From: a virus | Taxonomy: Duplodnaviria > Caudoviricetes | Reading direction: 5' to 3' (one strand) | DNA: 64,000 nt | IMG/VR virus record: IMGVR_UViG_3300020419_000010 | Span: 1-64,000 of that record | Part shown: one piece after another, positions 52,771 through 64,000 of the stretch | How positions within the stretch are numbered: position 1 is the stretch's first letter | How the letters are laid out: each line of letters opens with the position of its first letter | Program-made: the position numbers and the translations under genes | The notes under the pieces: model-generated | What the model was told of the DNA's origin: nothing | Database searches by the model: none | Seen by the model: the letters and a program-made list of their open reading frames with translations, nothing else

Positions 52771-55700
52771 ATGTTTGCTGACAAAATAAACATTTCGGAC
52801 AGAGTTAGTAATCAACTCCCAGAGTTTATAAGGGATGAAGATCAACAACTCGTTAACTTTCTCTTTGAATACTATAAGTCACAAGAGAAGACTGGTCGTG
52901 CGTATAATGTACTAAACAATTTACTTGAATATCTTGATATTGATGCTTATGATCCTAAGATCTTAACATCTAACACAATTCTTATCAAAGATGTTGATAC
53001 AAGTGTAGAAAAGATTGAAGTAGAAGCAATAGATGGATTCTTATCGAAAGATGGTTCGGTAATGATCGATAATGAAGTAATATATTACCAAGAAACAGTT
53101 CGTGGTCCTGATGCTATATTAACACCAGGAATTTCACTAGAAGAATTTAATAAAAAGCGTCAAAACCTAGAAAGTCCTATAAGTTTGTTCGATGGAGTCA
53201 AAACTACCTTCGATCTTAAATTCTTAGGCACCCCAGTCTCACCTGTCTCAGCAGAACACCTTGTTGTCACTGTTTATGGGACAATGATGCAACCAGTTGT
53301 TGATTATACAATTAGTGGTTCTCAAATTGTCTTTACAACACCTCCAAGATCAAAAACTGGTACTGACCAAGTAGAGTTTACACAAATTCTTTATTATATT
53401 GGTTTTGCTGACTCAGTAATCAAAAAATTAGAATATCCTGATGTTGCGACTCTTGCTGGTGAAGAGTCAATGCCTATTACTTACAATAGTCAACCATATT
53501 CACCTATTTCAGAGATTGGTCTAATTATTAATCGTAATGGTACTCTACAAAGACCATATATCGATTATGTACTAACTGACAACAATACAAGAATCAAATT
53601 CTTTGTAAATATCACCTCACAGGATGTTTACCATATAAGGTCTATCGAATACGTCTCTCCGTCCGTTGGATCGGGTGCTGAGGCGGTTACAAGGATAGGA
53701 GTCAATGGTGAGATTGAAGCAATCATAATCAAAAACGGAGGATCAGGATATGAACTTAACTTTGCTCCAAAAGTTTCTATATACAGTTCGACTGGTGTCG
53801 GTGGCAACTCAGCTGCAAGATCACTTGTCTCGGGTATCAAAAACATCCAACTTATAAGTGGTGGACAAGGATATACATCATATAACCCTCCACTTATTAA
53901 TATCACACCCCCTAGTGATTTAATCAACGGTTCAAGGGCAACTGCTGCTATTACAGTTGATGATACTACTGGTCAGGTAGATAGTGTTACTATCACAGAC
54001 TCTGGTTCTGGATATGACTTTATTCCAGCAATCACTTTCCAAAACCCAGGTGGTGCATCAATTAGTGATCCTACTATTGATGGTGAGGGTAGATTAAACG
54101 TTGATTCTATCACAGTTACTTCAACAGGTATAGGATACAGCAACCCTCCAACAATTTACATTGATCCTGCTCCTGTTGATGGTATTAATGCAGAAGCATC
54201 ATGTACAGTATCACCTGATGGACAGGTTGTTCAAGTTACTATTAATAATAGAGGTAGAGGATATTTAACTGCACCAAGAGCAAGAATTATACAACCAGTT
54301 GGTGCACAGGTTTTAGATGTAACTGTTGCTAATGGTAGTGTTACTAATATCAACCTATTAACTGGTGGTGCTGGATATACAGATGCACCTTCTGTTTATA
54401 TTGTGGATGATCGTAAAGGACCACTAGGAGAAGCAATCGGTGGTACAGGAGCATTGGCAGCAGCGACTATATTCAACGGAGAAATTACTGATATCAATAT
54501 CATTAGTTTTGGTACAGGATACTCAACAGAAACGCCCCCAAAGGTGTACATAGCCGAACCTTTATCCGCTGCATCGTCCTGTGACGTTGGATTTGGTGAA
54601 ATCACTGGTTGTAAGATTTTAAGTGCTGGTTCTTATTACGAACCCTCTGCATTCCTTAATTGTGCTCGTGGTGTATCTGATATAGTACAGTTTGACAACT
54701 ATGGTAATCAGATATATGCAAAAGAAGCACAACTAGCACAAACTAACCATTCAAGTGGTGCTGTTGTACATAACCTTGACTCTCAGATCATTAGACAGGT
54801 ATTTGACAAGTTTAGACGTCAATATATGCCTACTATCAACATTGACTACTCACAGGTCAATCCGATACAGGTTATTAAGACTATTAAGGACTTCTATATC
54901 TCTAAGGGTACAAAAACTGCTGCACAATACCTATTCAAGATATTATTTGGTGAACAGGTTGATGTTTACTACCCAAGAGAAGAATTAGTTACACCATCTG
55001 CTGCTTCATGGATAGTTGACACTATTTTAAGAGCAGAGTTGATATCTGGTGATCCTGCTAACTTACCTAACTCACAACTTAATCAATTTGCTGATGCTGT
55101 TGATCCAAACATAGGAGATGCTAATGTATTGATTGAAAACGTCATTTCAATCATAGAAGGTACTGATGTAATTTACGAATTAGCAATATCAGAAGAAACA
55201 TTATCAGGGGTATTCAAGATTCCCTATAAAACAGTTCTTGCAGAACCATTAACAACAACAGAGAACATAATAACAGTTGACTCAACTATTGGGTGGCCCG
55301 AGAAGAACGGAACTATCATTATTGGTGATTCTGAGATTGTACAGTATAAAGAAAAATCACTAAACCAGTTTATTGAGTGTACACGTTCTAAAAACGGTGT
55401 AGTAGAAGACTGGGACCCAGGAACTACTATATTCTCTGACATATTTGTATATGTCAACCGTGGTTTAACAACAGAAGTCAAACTTCGTGTTCTAGGTATT
55501 GCAGAAGCGGGTACAACAGTCTTAGAAGACAGTGGATCATATTATCTACCTGGTGACAAGTTAAATGTTGCTGCGTTAGGTTCTACTGCTAATGATAAGC
55601 GTCTAAACTCATGGTTATACAACGTTAAGAAGTTAATCTCTGTTACCGAGATTAATCCTACACAAAATAGCAATTCAATAAGTCAAATTGCTAACGTTGT

Positions 55701-58700
55701 TTGTTCTAACCCACATGGTTTACTTGTAGAAGACAAGGTTACCATCTATGGTGCTAACCCTGCTGTATATAATGGCACGTTTGAAGTAACGTCACGTCTT
55801 GATGAATTTACCTTTACATATAACTTACCTGTTCCTACTGATATTGTTCCACAGGGTAATATTCTATTATCAGTTGACCTCAACAGAGGTAAGTCAACTG
55901 TAACCTCTATTAATGAAGTTATATCACTCTTTACATCTAACATACAGAACTCCTTCTTCAATAGTGCTTATGTTTACATTGCTGCATCTGGATTACCCAA
56001 CTATAAGGTTGGACCATTTACAGGATCTGCACTTATTCCAGGAAACCAACGTAAGTTACTAAGATTCCCTAGAACAGTTGAGACAGTATCTACAAGAACA
56101 ATAGTTGCACCCAATACTCCTATTGGATCATGGGTAAATGGTGTTGCTGCATGGTCTTACAAGTCTGCTGATGTTGTAACATTTGGACCTTTAACCAGTA
56201 TTAGTATTCTTACAAATGGACAAGACTATGATGCTGGATCAAAACCAGCATTAGAAATAACTGGTGGTGGAGGTACAGGTGCTGCTGCTGCGGTAACTGT
56301 TAATGGTTCTTTATTCTCTATTGCTGTAACTAATGAAGGATCTAATTACACAACACAACCATTAATCTCTATTGTTGGTGGTGGTGGATCTGGTGCAACT
56401 GCACAAGCGGTTGTTACTAATGGTAGAGTAACAAGAGTACTTGTAGAGAATGCTGGAACTGGATATACATCTCAACCTACTATATCAATAACTGGTGGTG
56501 GCGGTATAGGTGCCCTTGCATCTGCACAAGTTCGTGGTCCTATATCAGGTGTAACTCTAACATCCCCTGGTGCTGGATATACATCAACTCCTTCAATCAG
56601 ACTAAATTCTGGTGAAGGTGCTCTGGCACAACCTATTGTTATTAATGGTCGTATTGTATCAATCGCTATTATTAACTCTGGATCTGGATATACAACTGCA
56701 CCTACTATCTTTATTAATGGTGATGGATTTGGTGCTCAGGCAGTTGCTGTTATTGGAACATTAGGAGAAGATAAAGGTAAAGTTATATCTGTAACAATTA
56801 CAAATAGAGGTGTTGGATATACACAAGGAATGACAACCGTACGTTTAGAAGCGGTTGGTCAACTAGCAACATTCCAAGCAAACGTATTCCAGTGGAATAA
56901 AAACCTTGAATACGATTTAGCATCAAAGTATGACGTAGCGAGAGGATATGTATTTACTGGATTCAATAACCAGTATGGTGGTGAGTATGCACATATATCA
57001 GATCCAAAAGAACTAAGATATGTTGTTGGTGATAACGTTGTATTAGATCCAGTCACACAATCATTCAGAGAGATAGGTGTTAACGAAGCACACTCTCCTA
57101 TTATTGGTTGGGCATTTGATGGTAACCCAATCTACGGTCCATATGGATATATCGACCCAACTGATCAGAACAGTGGATTAAGAAGAATGCGTTCCTCTTA
57201 TAAACTTAAAGACGAAGTTGTATATGATCTAGATACTAACCCAACACCATCAAGAACAGATGGTCCTGCATTATCAGAGTATCCTGCTGGTATATTTGTT
57301 AATGACTATGAATACACATTCCAAAGAGGTGACTTAGATCCTTACAATGGTAGATTCTGTAAGACACCTGATTTCCCTGCTGGAACTTATGCATACTTCA
57401 TTACTATTGATGAATCAGATACAGGTTTACCAGTATTCCCTTATATTATTGGTCCACAGTTTAACTCTGTTGTTGATACATGGAACTTATCATTAAATGC
57501 AGTTCAAGAGAATATACCTCTTGATGTTTCTCGTTTCAGAGATCCATATGCTAATGTTGATATTGATATTGACCGCCAACCTAACCAAGAGTCAGATTCT
57601 TTCGTTACTGAGAAAGAAGGTGATGTACTTATCTTTGAAATAGAGGATATTGACGGTGATGGATTAATTACTCCTGTTGAGATTGCAAATCAGCAAGCAA
57701 TTACAGAAGAAGCAGCATTACAGATATATGATTACTTCCCATTAGTATCTGCTGAGTCAAGAGTTGATATTGAAGTAGAAACAACTACAAAATTTGAATC
57801 TGCACAGATTGATGGGTTTGTTATTGAAAACCCAGGTGTATCATATCAGGTTAATGATACATTGTTCTTTGACAACACAGGAACAGGTGGATTTGGTGCA
57901 TCTGCACAAATTGAGTCAGTGGTAGGTCAAAGTATTGCTGCTTATCAGAAACAAATTATAAATGACATACCATACGGTAAAATTATTACTTCTGCTAACC
58001 ATGAACTTATTGCACAAGATGAAATCATCGTAAGTTCACGAGTTATTACAGAAAACACAAATAAGAGATTCTACATGTCAGTTGTTACTGGTATTGAGAC
58101 AATCTCTGTTGATCAGATAGGTGTTGGTTATAATGAGCAGATTCCTGCAACTTATGAGATTATTGCAAGTCAAGGACAAGACGTAGAACTAGATGTCGTT
58201 CTTGATACTACTACTGGTAAGATTGATACTGTTAATATCATTAATTCTGGTTATGGATACTCAGTAGATGCTATACCACAAATTAGAGTATCACATCCAC
58301 AACAATACAAGAAAACTTACTATTGGTTAAACCAGTATGCTGAATCTTCTGCATCATTTGAAATATTTGACATTCAACCAGCAGATGATCGTACATGGTA
58401 TGCGTGTGGTGAACTTACAGAGACAAATGGCAATAGTTCTGCATTCTTAGCTAAGTTCTCTGATCTTGGTGGTGTAATTTGGGATAGAACACTTTTACCA
58501 AGTGCAAGTATCAAGAAAGCAAGATTTAAACGTATATACTTAGATCAAACAACTGCTGATGACCATATCATCTATGTTCTTGGTGAAACAGAGTCACAAT
58601 CAACTGCTGCATACAATCCTGACATATTAGTTGTCAAATATCAATCTGGTCTTGATAATGCTAACAACCCAGAGGGTATTGTTGAGTGGCAGAAGGAAAT

Positions 58701-61700
58701 TGCTGGTGTATCGGGTTCAACAAGGTCTGACTATGCTGGTGACCTCTATATGGACGATGAACAACGTCTATACATCTGTGGTTGGACAGATACTAACTCA
58801 GTTGACCCAGATGACATCTGGATCATGCAACTTAACAGTTTAGGTGATGTTATCGAGAAACGTAAGTTTGCTTCACCTAATAAAGGAGAACAATTACATC
58901 AGATTCATTATATTGGAAATGATAAGATTATATTCACTGGTATTGACTTAGATAACAACGATCTCATGTTTGGTGAGATGATCTATGATGGATCTAACAT
59001 TGAAATGAGATATGTTAAGAAATTAGCAGTATCTGGTGGTCAGGTAAGAAGACCACAGTTTGTTATTGATTCTTACAATGATTTGTTCTTCACATGTGAT
59101 ATGTGGAACGGAACTAAGCATTATGGTGTTGCATTGTTCAAAATTGCAATGTCACAGGTTGAAACCACTGCTGCTAACCCAACATGGGTATTCTCAAAGA
59201 TTATTGCACCTAGTATTCCTTTTGAGTCAATTACACACGCTGGTGTCTCTCTTGATGAGTTTGGAAACATTAATCTTGTTACACACGTTTTATATGAAGA
59301 TAATAACCAACAAGCAATTATTAATTACATCAAATACGATGGAACGACTCTTAAAAAGTCAAATGTCATTTCTGGTGCTTGGAATAGTGGAACTTCAACA
59401 ACAGATTACGGTTTAGGGTTTACTGCACATAATCATACTGTTGATAACTCTGGTGATGTCATAATTCCAGCAAATATCCAAAAATCAGTTCAAAGTGCTG
59501 TATATCGTTTTAATGACACTAACGATCTTTACTTTGACGCTACAAAACAGAAAAAGGCGATTCCTACGATTGTAAACAGTGCACAACTTGTTTATGACAG
59601 TACAGTTCAAAAATTTGGTACAGGATCACTTAAATTCCAACAATACGGTTCTTTATCATGGGCAAACCTTGATAACAATGATGATTGGACTGTTGCAATG
59701 TGGGTCAAGATGGATACGTCTCATGACTCCAATAATCCAATAATGGAGATGATTACAGCGATAGATGACGCTGGTTCGACTGTAAAACTTAATATTATCG
59801 GTGCAGCGTCAGATGCCAACTTTGGTAAGATCAGAATGGTGATTGCACCGCAAGGTGCAAGTGCAGTGACTGTTGATTCAGTTGGATCAACATATTTCAC
59901 TACAATGGACGCTGGTAACTGGCATCACATTGCATTTGTTAAAGAAGAACCTAGTTTGGGTTCATATGACTATTCTGTTTATTTTGATGGTGTAAGAACA
60001 AATACTGCAACTAGCACTGCTGATATTGCAATGGATGACCTTACAATCGGTTGTGCAACATCAGGACAAGCAATTACTAACTCATTCCTTGGACATATTG
60101 ATGATATCGCTATTGAAGCAAGAGCAGTCTATACTGGATCATCTTTACAAGTTCCTACCGAAAGATATCGTATTACAACAGTTAATAGCAATACTGACTA
60201 CATTAAGTTTGATAGGGAGCATATTAAGCGTGCTGATTACCAAACATCAACAGATGGACTCGTATTTACAGAAAATACAAATCTCAACATTAATAATCTT
60301 AATAATCCAGTAATTACCGTTTGGAACGAAGGTGCAAGTGGATTACAGATATTAGACTACTCTGACGTGACTTCTCAACTAAGTCCAGGAACTTATACGT
60401 TCTCAGAGACAGTTACAACATTTGCGTCTAAAACTTCGACTATTCCAACTCCATTAGGTAAGAGACTACTTATTACACCTAATGTTGTTGCAAAATACTA
60501 TATTAGGGATGCTGGGTATTCTAAGATTGATAACGTCCTAGAATTCACATTTAACCAAGCAATCAAGTATTCTAAGGGAACTATCATTCAACAGTTCAAT
60601 TCCCAAGGTGTAACACAAGCATTTGGTACTATTGTTGGAGTTCCAACAGGAACACTTAATAATCCTGGATTAGGCACCAAATACAAGATTGGTAAGATAT
60701 ATGGTACTTTTAACGATTCTGACAGATTTAGAAACGATACTAACGAAGAAAACACTATTGACAACGTAGAGTTCAATGTTAAGCGTCCACAGGAACAATG
60801 GGTAACTGGTAAGGCATATGTCGTTGGAGATCAAGTTTATAGTGCTGGTAAGATATATGCTGCTACAAACTCTGCTACATCAGGTGGAACTGCTCCTACA
60901 CACTCTATTGGTATAGTTACTGATGGTGCTGTTACATGGAACTTTATTAGCGTATCTGGAACATTACAAGTTAATCTTGCAGACTATGCTTGGCCCAGAC
61001 CATCAGAACCAGAATGGGAAGAAAATAGATCTTATTCTGCTAATGATTTTGTTTACTATGGTAGATACAAGTATCAGGCACAAGCAGATGGTATTGCTGG
61101 ACCAACTGCTCCTGTACATACAACTGGTACTGTTAGTGATGGAAATGTCAACTGGGCATACGTTTCAACATATACAGGATTAGATTCGTTTGCTAGATTC
61201 AGACCATATGCTGAGAACGATTATCGAATACAAATTATGGGAATCTACACAGATTCCGATTTCATAGTTGGTGACGTAATTTCGCTAGGTAATAGTATCA
61301 CGGCTATACCAAACGCAGATAATCCAAAGATAGCAGATATCGATGGAATTGGATCTGTAAGTAAGATTAGATTTACTGTAAACCTTGATAAAGATATTAT
61401 TAGAACTGCTAATACAAGAACTGACTTAATATATGCAACTGCTACTACTAAGCATAATCTAAACGTAAATGACATTCTATATGTTGAAGGATTCACAACT
61501 GCTGAATTTAATGGATCATTCTTTGTACAAGAACTATTCTCTTCAAGAGATTACACATATAGACTTCGTTCAACTGCAAGTGCTGACCCACTATTTGTAA
61601 ACAGTGGTATTGCGAATGTCAAGATATCATCTAAGCACCCAACATTAATGTTGGTTAGAAATCATTCTTATATCTTTGATATGAGTGATGTATCTAACTT

Positions 61701-64000
61701 CGGATATTTCTTATCATTCTCACAAGACAACCAGTTTAAACTTGAATACTCATTCAACGTTATTGAAAGAGAAGGAACCCCTGGTGTAGCATCTGCAACT
61801 GAGACACCTACCGTTCAGTTTACAATCGGTGGAGAAGTTACTAATATTACTTACTACTTTGACCCATCAAGACTTGGTTCTAATTCACCTGTTGGTACAA
61901 ACTCATTTATTGATGTTATTAAGACACCGTTTGATGGTACATTTAGAATTTCTGAGGTTCTAAGTGATACTGAGTTTAGATTCCCACTATTATATGAACC
62001 AGAATTTACAAATGCTAATATAGGACTTGATGATCAAGATGAACCTAATTCCAAATACTCTACTACATCAGTAAAAGCGATTGGTCCTATTAATAATATT
62101 AAACTGATATCCCCAGGTGGATTCTATCAAAGACTACCTGTTGTATCTGATATTGCATCAGATCGTAAGATTGAGAAAGTTAGAATTGTTAATGGTGGTA
62201 CTGAATATGCAGTTGGTGTTTACACACAAGTTCCTATTTTAGGTGATGGTGAAGGTGGTCTTGTTCAACTTACTGTTGAAGTTGATGAAGAGATTGGATC
62301 AGGAACTATTACTGCTGTTGCATTAACAGATCCAGGAAAAGGATATACAGAGGCATCTATTGATGTAGATGGTATTGAAGGTATTTTAGGACCTACATTG
62401 TCAGGTTCTGGTGCTGAATTAAATGTTGTAATTCCTGCTGAGGGTACTGGTGCTGCTGTATTCTTAACTGGTAGACAGATTGGTAAGATTAAAACTCTTA
62501 AAAACAATGAATTTGGTTATGGTTACTCACATGACTATACCTTACGTCCTGAGATTGCATTCCCAGTCAACTTACAGTTATTCAATACATCTATTCTTTC
62601 ACAGATTACGATTACAAATCCTGGTGCTGGTTATACATCTCCTCCTTCTGTTATCATCGAAGGTGGTGGTGGAACAGGTGCTGAGGCAGAGGCAATCGTT
62701 AAGAACAATAGATTATCAGAGATTCTAATTAAAAATCCTGGTGCTGGATATAGTTCACAACCATCAGTAACACTTAAATCAGAATTTACATACGTTGTAA
62801 ACCTTGACTTGAACTACTTACAGTTTAACTTCCCACATGGTATTACAACTGGTGCTGCTGTACAGTTTAGAGCAGAAGATATTGGTTCTACTGTCGGTGT
62901 ACTACCAAAACCAAGTTCAGTTGGTTTGACATCATTATCATCAACACAAACATACTATGCTATCACTGGTGATGCTAACTCACTAGAATCTGATCAGTTA
63001 AGATTTGCTTTAACACCTGTTGATGCACAGTCTGGTAACTTTATCACATTCTTAACACAGGGTGATGGTCGTCAGGTTCTTCTTACTGAGGTATTTGGTG
63101 GTCAAGCAGATGCTGTTGTTGAAACATCACGTTTCTTAGAAGGTGAAGAAGTATTCCAAGGTGAGACATATGAATTAGCAAGTGCATTTGGTATTGTATC
63201 AGAAAATGAAGGTTGGCAGATACAACCTAAGATTTTAAAGATTACTAACCCACGAGGAGATTTTGTTGTTGGTGGTAAAGTACAAGGTGTGATATCTCGT
63301 GCATCTGGTATTATTGATAACTTGAATATTGCTAAGGGTGTTCTTAATATTGACGCTCTTACTAGAACTCCTGGTAGATTTATTGATGACGTTGGTAAAC
63401 CATCAGAGATTGTACAAAAGATTCAAGACTCTTACTTCTATCAGAACTTCTCTTATGTTATTAAGTCTAAGATTCCTATCAATAGATGGAAAGAACAAAT
63501 ATTAGAAAACAACCATCCTGTTGGATTCAGCATGTTTGGTCAGTTAGAACTAACTGGTGGTAAAGACGTATCTGGACGTAAAGTTGTTGCTGGATTTACA
63601 AAACAGGTAAACATCAATGAGTATTCTAATGTAAACCAAATTACATCCTTTGGTGCTGCACAACCTATCTACTCTACATTCAACAACTCTGAGGTTCTAT
63701 TCCGTAAGAAGAGATTAACTAACTCTGAGGAAATTCTAACTTCTATTGTTAAAAAGATTGATAATATTGCATCACAGTTTGATGGATCTAAGAAATCATT
63801 CCCAATCGCTGTTGAAGGTGAGAACTTAGTTGTAAATGAGAACCAGTTACTAATTACACTTAATGGTATTATACAGGCACCTGGAACTTCATATAGTGTT
63901 GTTGGTAATAACCTTGTATTTGCTGAACCTCCAAAACCTGATTCTAAGGTTGTATACAGAAATGTAGAAGTTGATCTATATCCAATTACAAGATTTAACT
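52771..64000 (+). CDS. gp7: Giant baseplate wedge initiator gp7-like protein (partial, over 3740 codons, runs off the window)
   Basis: ATG 5 nt after the gp6 stop; MFADKINISDRVSNQLPEFIRDED...FL.EYYKSQEK; IKDFY.SKGT motif; many GSGY repeats; absent from the track, consistent with no in-frame stop before 64000. Confidence 0.85.
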   Translation, partial: MFADKINISDRVSNQLPEFIRDEDQQLVNFLFEYYKSQEKTGRAYNVLNNLLEYLDIDAYDPKILTSNTILIKDVDTSVEKIEVEAIDGFLSKDGSVMIDNEVIYYQETVRGPDAILTPGISLEEFNKKRQNLESPISLFDGVKTTFDLKFLGTPVSPVSAEHLVVTVYGTMMQPVVDYTISGSQIVFTTPPRSKTGTDQVEFTQILYYIGFADSVIKKLEYPDVATLAGEESMPITYNSQPYSPISEIGLIINRNGTLQRPYIDYVLTDNNTRIKFFVNITSQDVYHIRSIEYVSPSVGSGAEAVTRIGVNGEIEAIIIKNGGSGYELNFAPKVSIYSSTGVGGNSAARSLVSGIKNIQLISGGQGYTSYNPPLINITPPSDLINGSRATAAITVDDTTGQVDSVTITDSGSGYDFIPAITFQNPGGASISDPTIDGEGRLNVDSITVTSTGIGYSNPPTIYIDPAPVDGINAEASCTVSPDGQVVQVTINNRGRGYLTAPRARIIQPVGAQVLDVTVANGSVTNINLLTGGAGYTDAPSVYIVDDRKGPLGEAIGGTGALAAATIFNGEITDINIISFGTGYSTETPPKVYIAEPLSAASSCDVGFGEITGCKILSAGSYYEPSAFLNCARGVSDIVQFDNYGNQIYAKEAQLAQTNHSSGAVVHNLDSQIIRQVFDKFRRQYMPTINIDYSQVNPIQVIKTIKDFYISKGTKTAAQYLFKILFGEQVDVYYPREELVTPSAASWIVDTILRAELISGDPANLPNSQLNQFADAVDPNIGDANVLIENVISIIEGTDVIYELAISEETLSGVFKIPYKTVLAEPLTTTENIITVDSTIGWPEKNGTIIIGDSEIVQYKEKSLNQFIECTRSKNGVVEDWDPGTTIFSDIFVYVNRGLTTEVKLRVLGIAEAGTTVLEDSGSYYLPGDKLNVAALGSTANDKRLNSWLYNVKKLISVTEINPTQNSNSISQIANVVCSNPHGLLVEDKVTIYGANPAVYNGTFEVTSRLDEFTFTYNLPVPTDIVPQGNILLSVDLNRGKSTVTSINEVISLFTSNIQNSFFNSAYVYIAASGLPNYKVGPFTGSALIPGNQRKLLRFPRTVETVSTRTIVAPNTPIGSWVNGVAAWSYKSADVVTFGPLTSISILTNGQDYDAGSKPALEITGGGGTGAAAAVTVNGSLFSIAVTNEGSNYTTQPLISIVGGGGSGATAQAVVTNGRVTRVLVENAGTGYTSQPTISITGGGGIGALASAQVRGPISGVTLTSPGAGYTSTPSIRLNSGEGALAQPIVINGRIVSIAIINSGSGYTTAPTIFINGDGFGAQAVAVIGTLGEDKGKVISVTITNRGVGYTQGMTTVRLEAVGQLATFQANVFQWNKNLEYDLASKYDVARGYVFTGFNNQYGGEYAHISDPKELRYVVGDNVVLDPVTQSFREIGVNEAHSPIIGWAFDGNPIYGPYGYIDPTDQNSGLRRMRSSYKLKDEVVYDLDTNPTPSRTDGPALSEYPAGIFVNDYEYTFQRGDLDPYNGRFCKTPDFPAGTYAYFITIDESDTGLPVFPYIIGPQFNSVVDTWNLSLNAVQENIPLDVSRFRDPYANVDIDIDRQPNQESDSFVTEKEGDVLIFEIEDIDGDGLITPVEIANQQAITEEAALQIYDYFPLVSAESRVDIEVETTTKFESAQIDGFVIENPGVSYQVNDTLFFDNTGTGGFGASAQIESVVGQSIAAYQKQIINDIPYGKIITSANHELIAQDEIIVSSRVITENTNKRFYMSVVTGIETISVDQIGVGYNEQIPATYEIIASQGQDVELDVVLDTTTGKIDTVNIINSGYGYSVDAIPQIRVSHPQQYKKTYYWLNQYAESSASFEIFDIQPADDRTWYACGELTETNGNSSAFLAKFSDLGGVIWDRTLLPSASIKKARFKRIYLDQTTADDHIIYVLGETESQSTAAYNPDILVVKYQSGLDNANNPEGIVEWQKEIAGVSGSTRSDYAGDLYMDDEQRLYICGWTDTNSVDPDDIWIMQLNSLGDVIEKRKFASPNKGEQLHQIHYIGNDKIIFTGIDLDNNDLMFGEMIYDGSNIEMRYVKKLAVSGGQVRRPQFVIDSYNDLFFTCDMWNGTKHYGVALFKIAMSQVETTAANPTWVFSKIIAPSIPFESITHAGVSLDEFGNINLVTHVLYEDNNQQAIINYIKYDGTTLKKSNVISGAWNSGTSTTDYGLGFTAHNHTVDNSGDVIIPANIQKSVQSAVYRFNDTNDLYFDATKQKKAIPTIVNSAQLVYDSTVQKFGTGSLKFQQYGSLSWANLDNNDDWTVAMWVKMDTSHDSNNPIMEMITAIDDAGSTVKLNIIGAASDANFGKIRMVIAPQGASAVTVDSVGSTYFTTMDAGNWHHIAFVKEEPSLGSYDYSVYFDGVRTNTATSTADIAMDDLTIGCATSGQAITNSFLGHIDDIAIEARAVYTGSSLQVPTERYRITTVNSNTDYIKFDREHIKRADYQTSTDGLVFTENTNLNINNLNNPVITVWNEGASGLQILDYSDVTSQLSPGTYTFSETVTTFASKTSTIPTPLGKRLLITPNVVAKYYIRDAGYSKIDNVLEFTFNQAIKYSKGTIIQQFNSQGVTQAFGTIVGVPTGTLNNPGLGTKYKIGKIYGTFNDSDRFRNDTNEENTIDNVEFNVKRPQEQWVTGKAYVVGDQVYSAGKIYAATNSATSGGTAPTHSIGIVTDGAVTWNFISVSGTLQVNLADYAWPRPSEPEWEENRSYSANDFVYYGRYKYQAQADGIAGPTAPVHTTGTVSDGNVNWAYVSTYTGLDSFARFRPYAENDYRIQIMGIYTDSDFIVGDVISLGNSITAIPNADNPKIADIDGIGSVSKIRFTVNLDKDIIRTANTRTDLIYATATTKHNLNVNDILYVEGFTTAEFNGSFFVQELFSSRDYTYRLRSTASADPLFVNSGIANVKISSKHPTLMLVRNHSYIFDMSDVSNFGYFLSFSQDNQFKLEYSFNVIEREGTPGVASATETPTVQFTIGGEVTNITYYFDPSRLGSNSPVGTNSFIDVIKTPFDGTFRISEVLSDTEFRFPLLYEPEFTNANIGLDDQDEPNSKYSTTSVKAIGPINNIKLISPGGFYQRLPVVSDIASDRKIEKVRIVNGGTEYAVGVYTQVPILGDGEGGLVQLTVEVDEEIGSGTITAVALTDPGKGYTEASIDVDGIEGILGPTLSGSGAELNVVIPAEGTGAAVFLTGRQIGKIKTLKNNEFGYGYSHDYTLRPEIAFPVNLQLFNTSILSQITITNPGAGYTSPPSVIIEGGGGTGAEAEAIVKNNRLSEILIKNPGAGYSSQPSVTLKSEFTYVVNLDLNYLQFNFPHGITTGAAVQFRAEDIGSTVGVLPKPSSVGLTSLSSTQTYYAITGDANSLESDQLRFALTPVDAQSGNFITFLTQGDGRQVLLTEVFGGQADAVVETSRFLEGEEVFQGETYELASAFGIVSENEGWQIQPKILKITNPRGDFVVGGKVQGVISRASGIIDNLNIAKGVLNIDALTRTPGRFIDDVGKPSEIVQKIQDSYFYQNFSYVIKSKIPINRWKEQILENNHPVGFSMFGQLELTGGKDVSGRKVVAGFTKQVNINEYSNVNQITSFGAAQPIYSTFNNSEVLFRKKRLTNSEEILTSIVKKIDNIASQFDGSKKSFPIAVEGENLVVNENQLLITLNGIIQAPGTSYSVVGNNLVFAEPPKPDSKVVYRNVEVDLYPITRFN

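Noticed and set aside
250-62728. Numerous minus-strand and alternative-frame ORFs in the track
   Set aside because: They are shadows of long + strand genes, lack ribosome-binding sites and have no recognisable motifs.

Overview
AT-rich fragment of a T4-like marine cyanomyophage (Kyanoviridae-type, probably Prochlorococcus-infecting). Essentially all credible genes lie on the + strand. Layout: (1) 1-23.3 kb, late baseplate-hub and tail-fibre genes (gp27-like hub, gp5, fibres, Gly-rich tip proteins) interrupted by auxiliary metabolic genes cp12, cpeT and gcvP. (2) 23.3-32 kb, a PrnA-type flavin halogenase, a run of 2OG-Fe(II)/JmjC oxygenases and an SF2 helicase. (3) 29.6-41.8 kb, an early region of many small ORFs organised in 11 repeated cassettes. 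Each cassette has a TGTGACA-N10-TGTCACA dyad 27-30 nt upstream of a sigma70 -10 box (40 nt in one copy), and 10 of the 11 carry a CAACCAC motif just before the first start codon. (4) 43-64 kb, NlpC/P60, AbrB-like, a large virion protein, PAAR, gp25, gp6 and a >3700-codon gp7 that runs off the window and is missing from the ORF track. The most interesting signal is non-coding: the dyad/-10/CAACCAC cassette system, upstream stop codons falling inside the dyads, a structured 62-nt 5' leader at 36084-36145, and a ~190-nt structured element at 39591-39779. That element follows a late-type promoter and its 3' end (UGUGGUUGU) is complementary to the shared early leader motif, making it a candidate multi-target antisense switch-off RNA. 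All family assignments come from motif recognition by eye; no database searches or folding programs were run.
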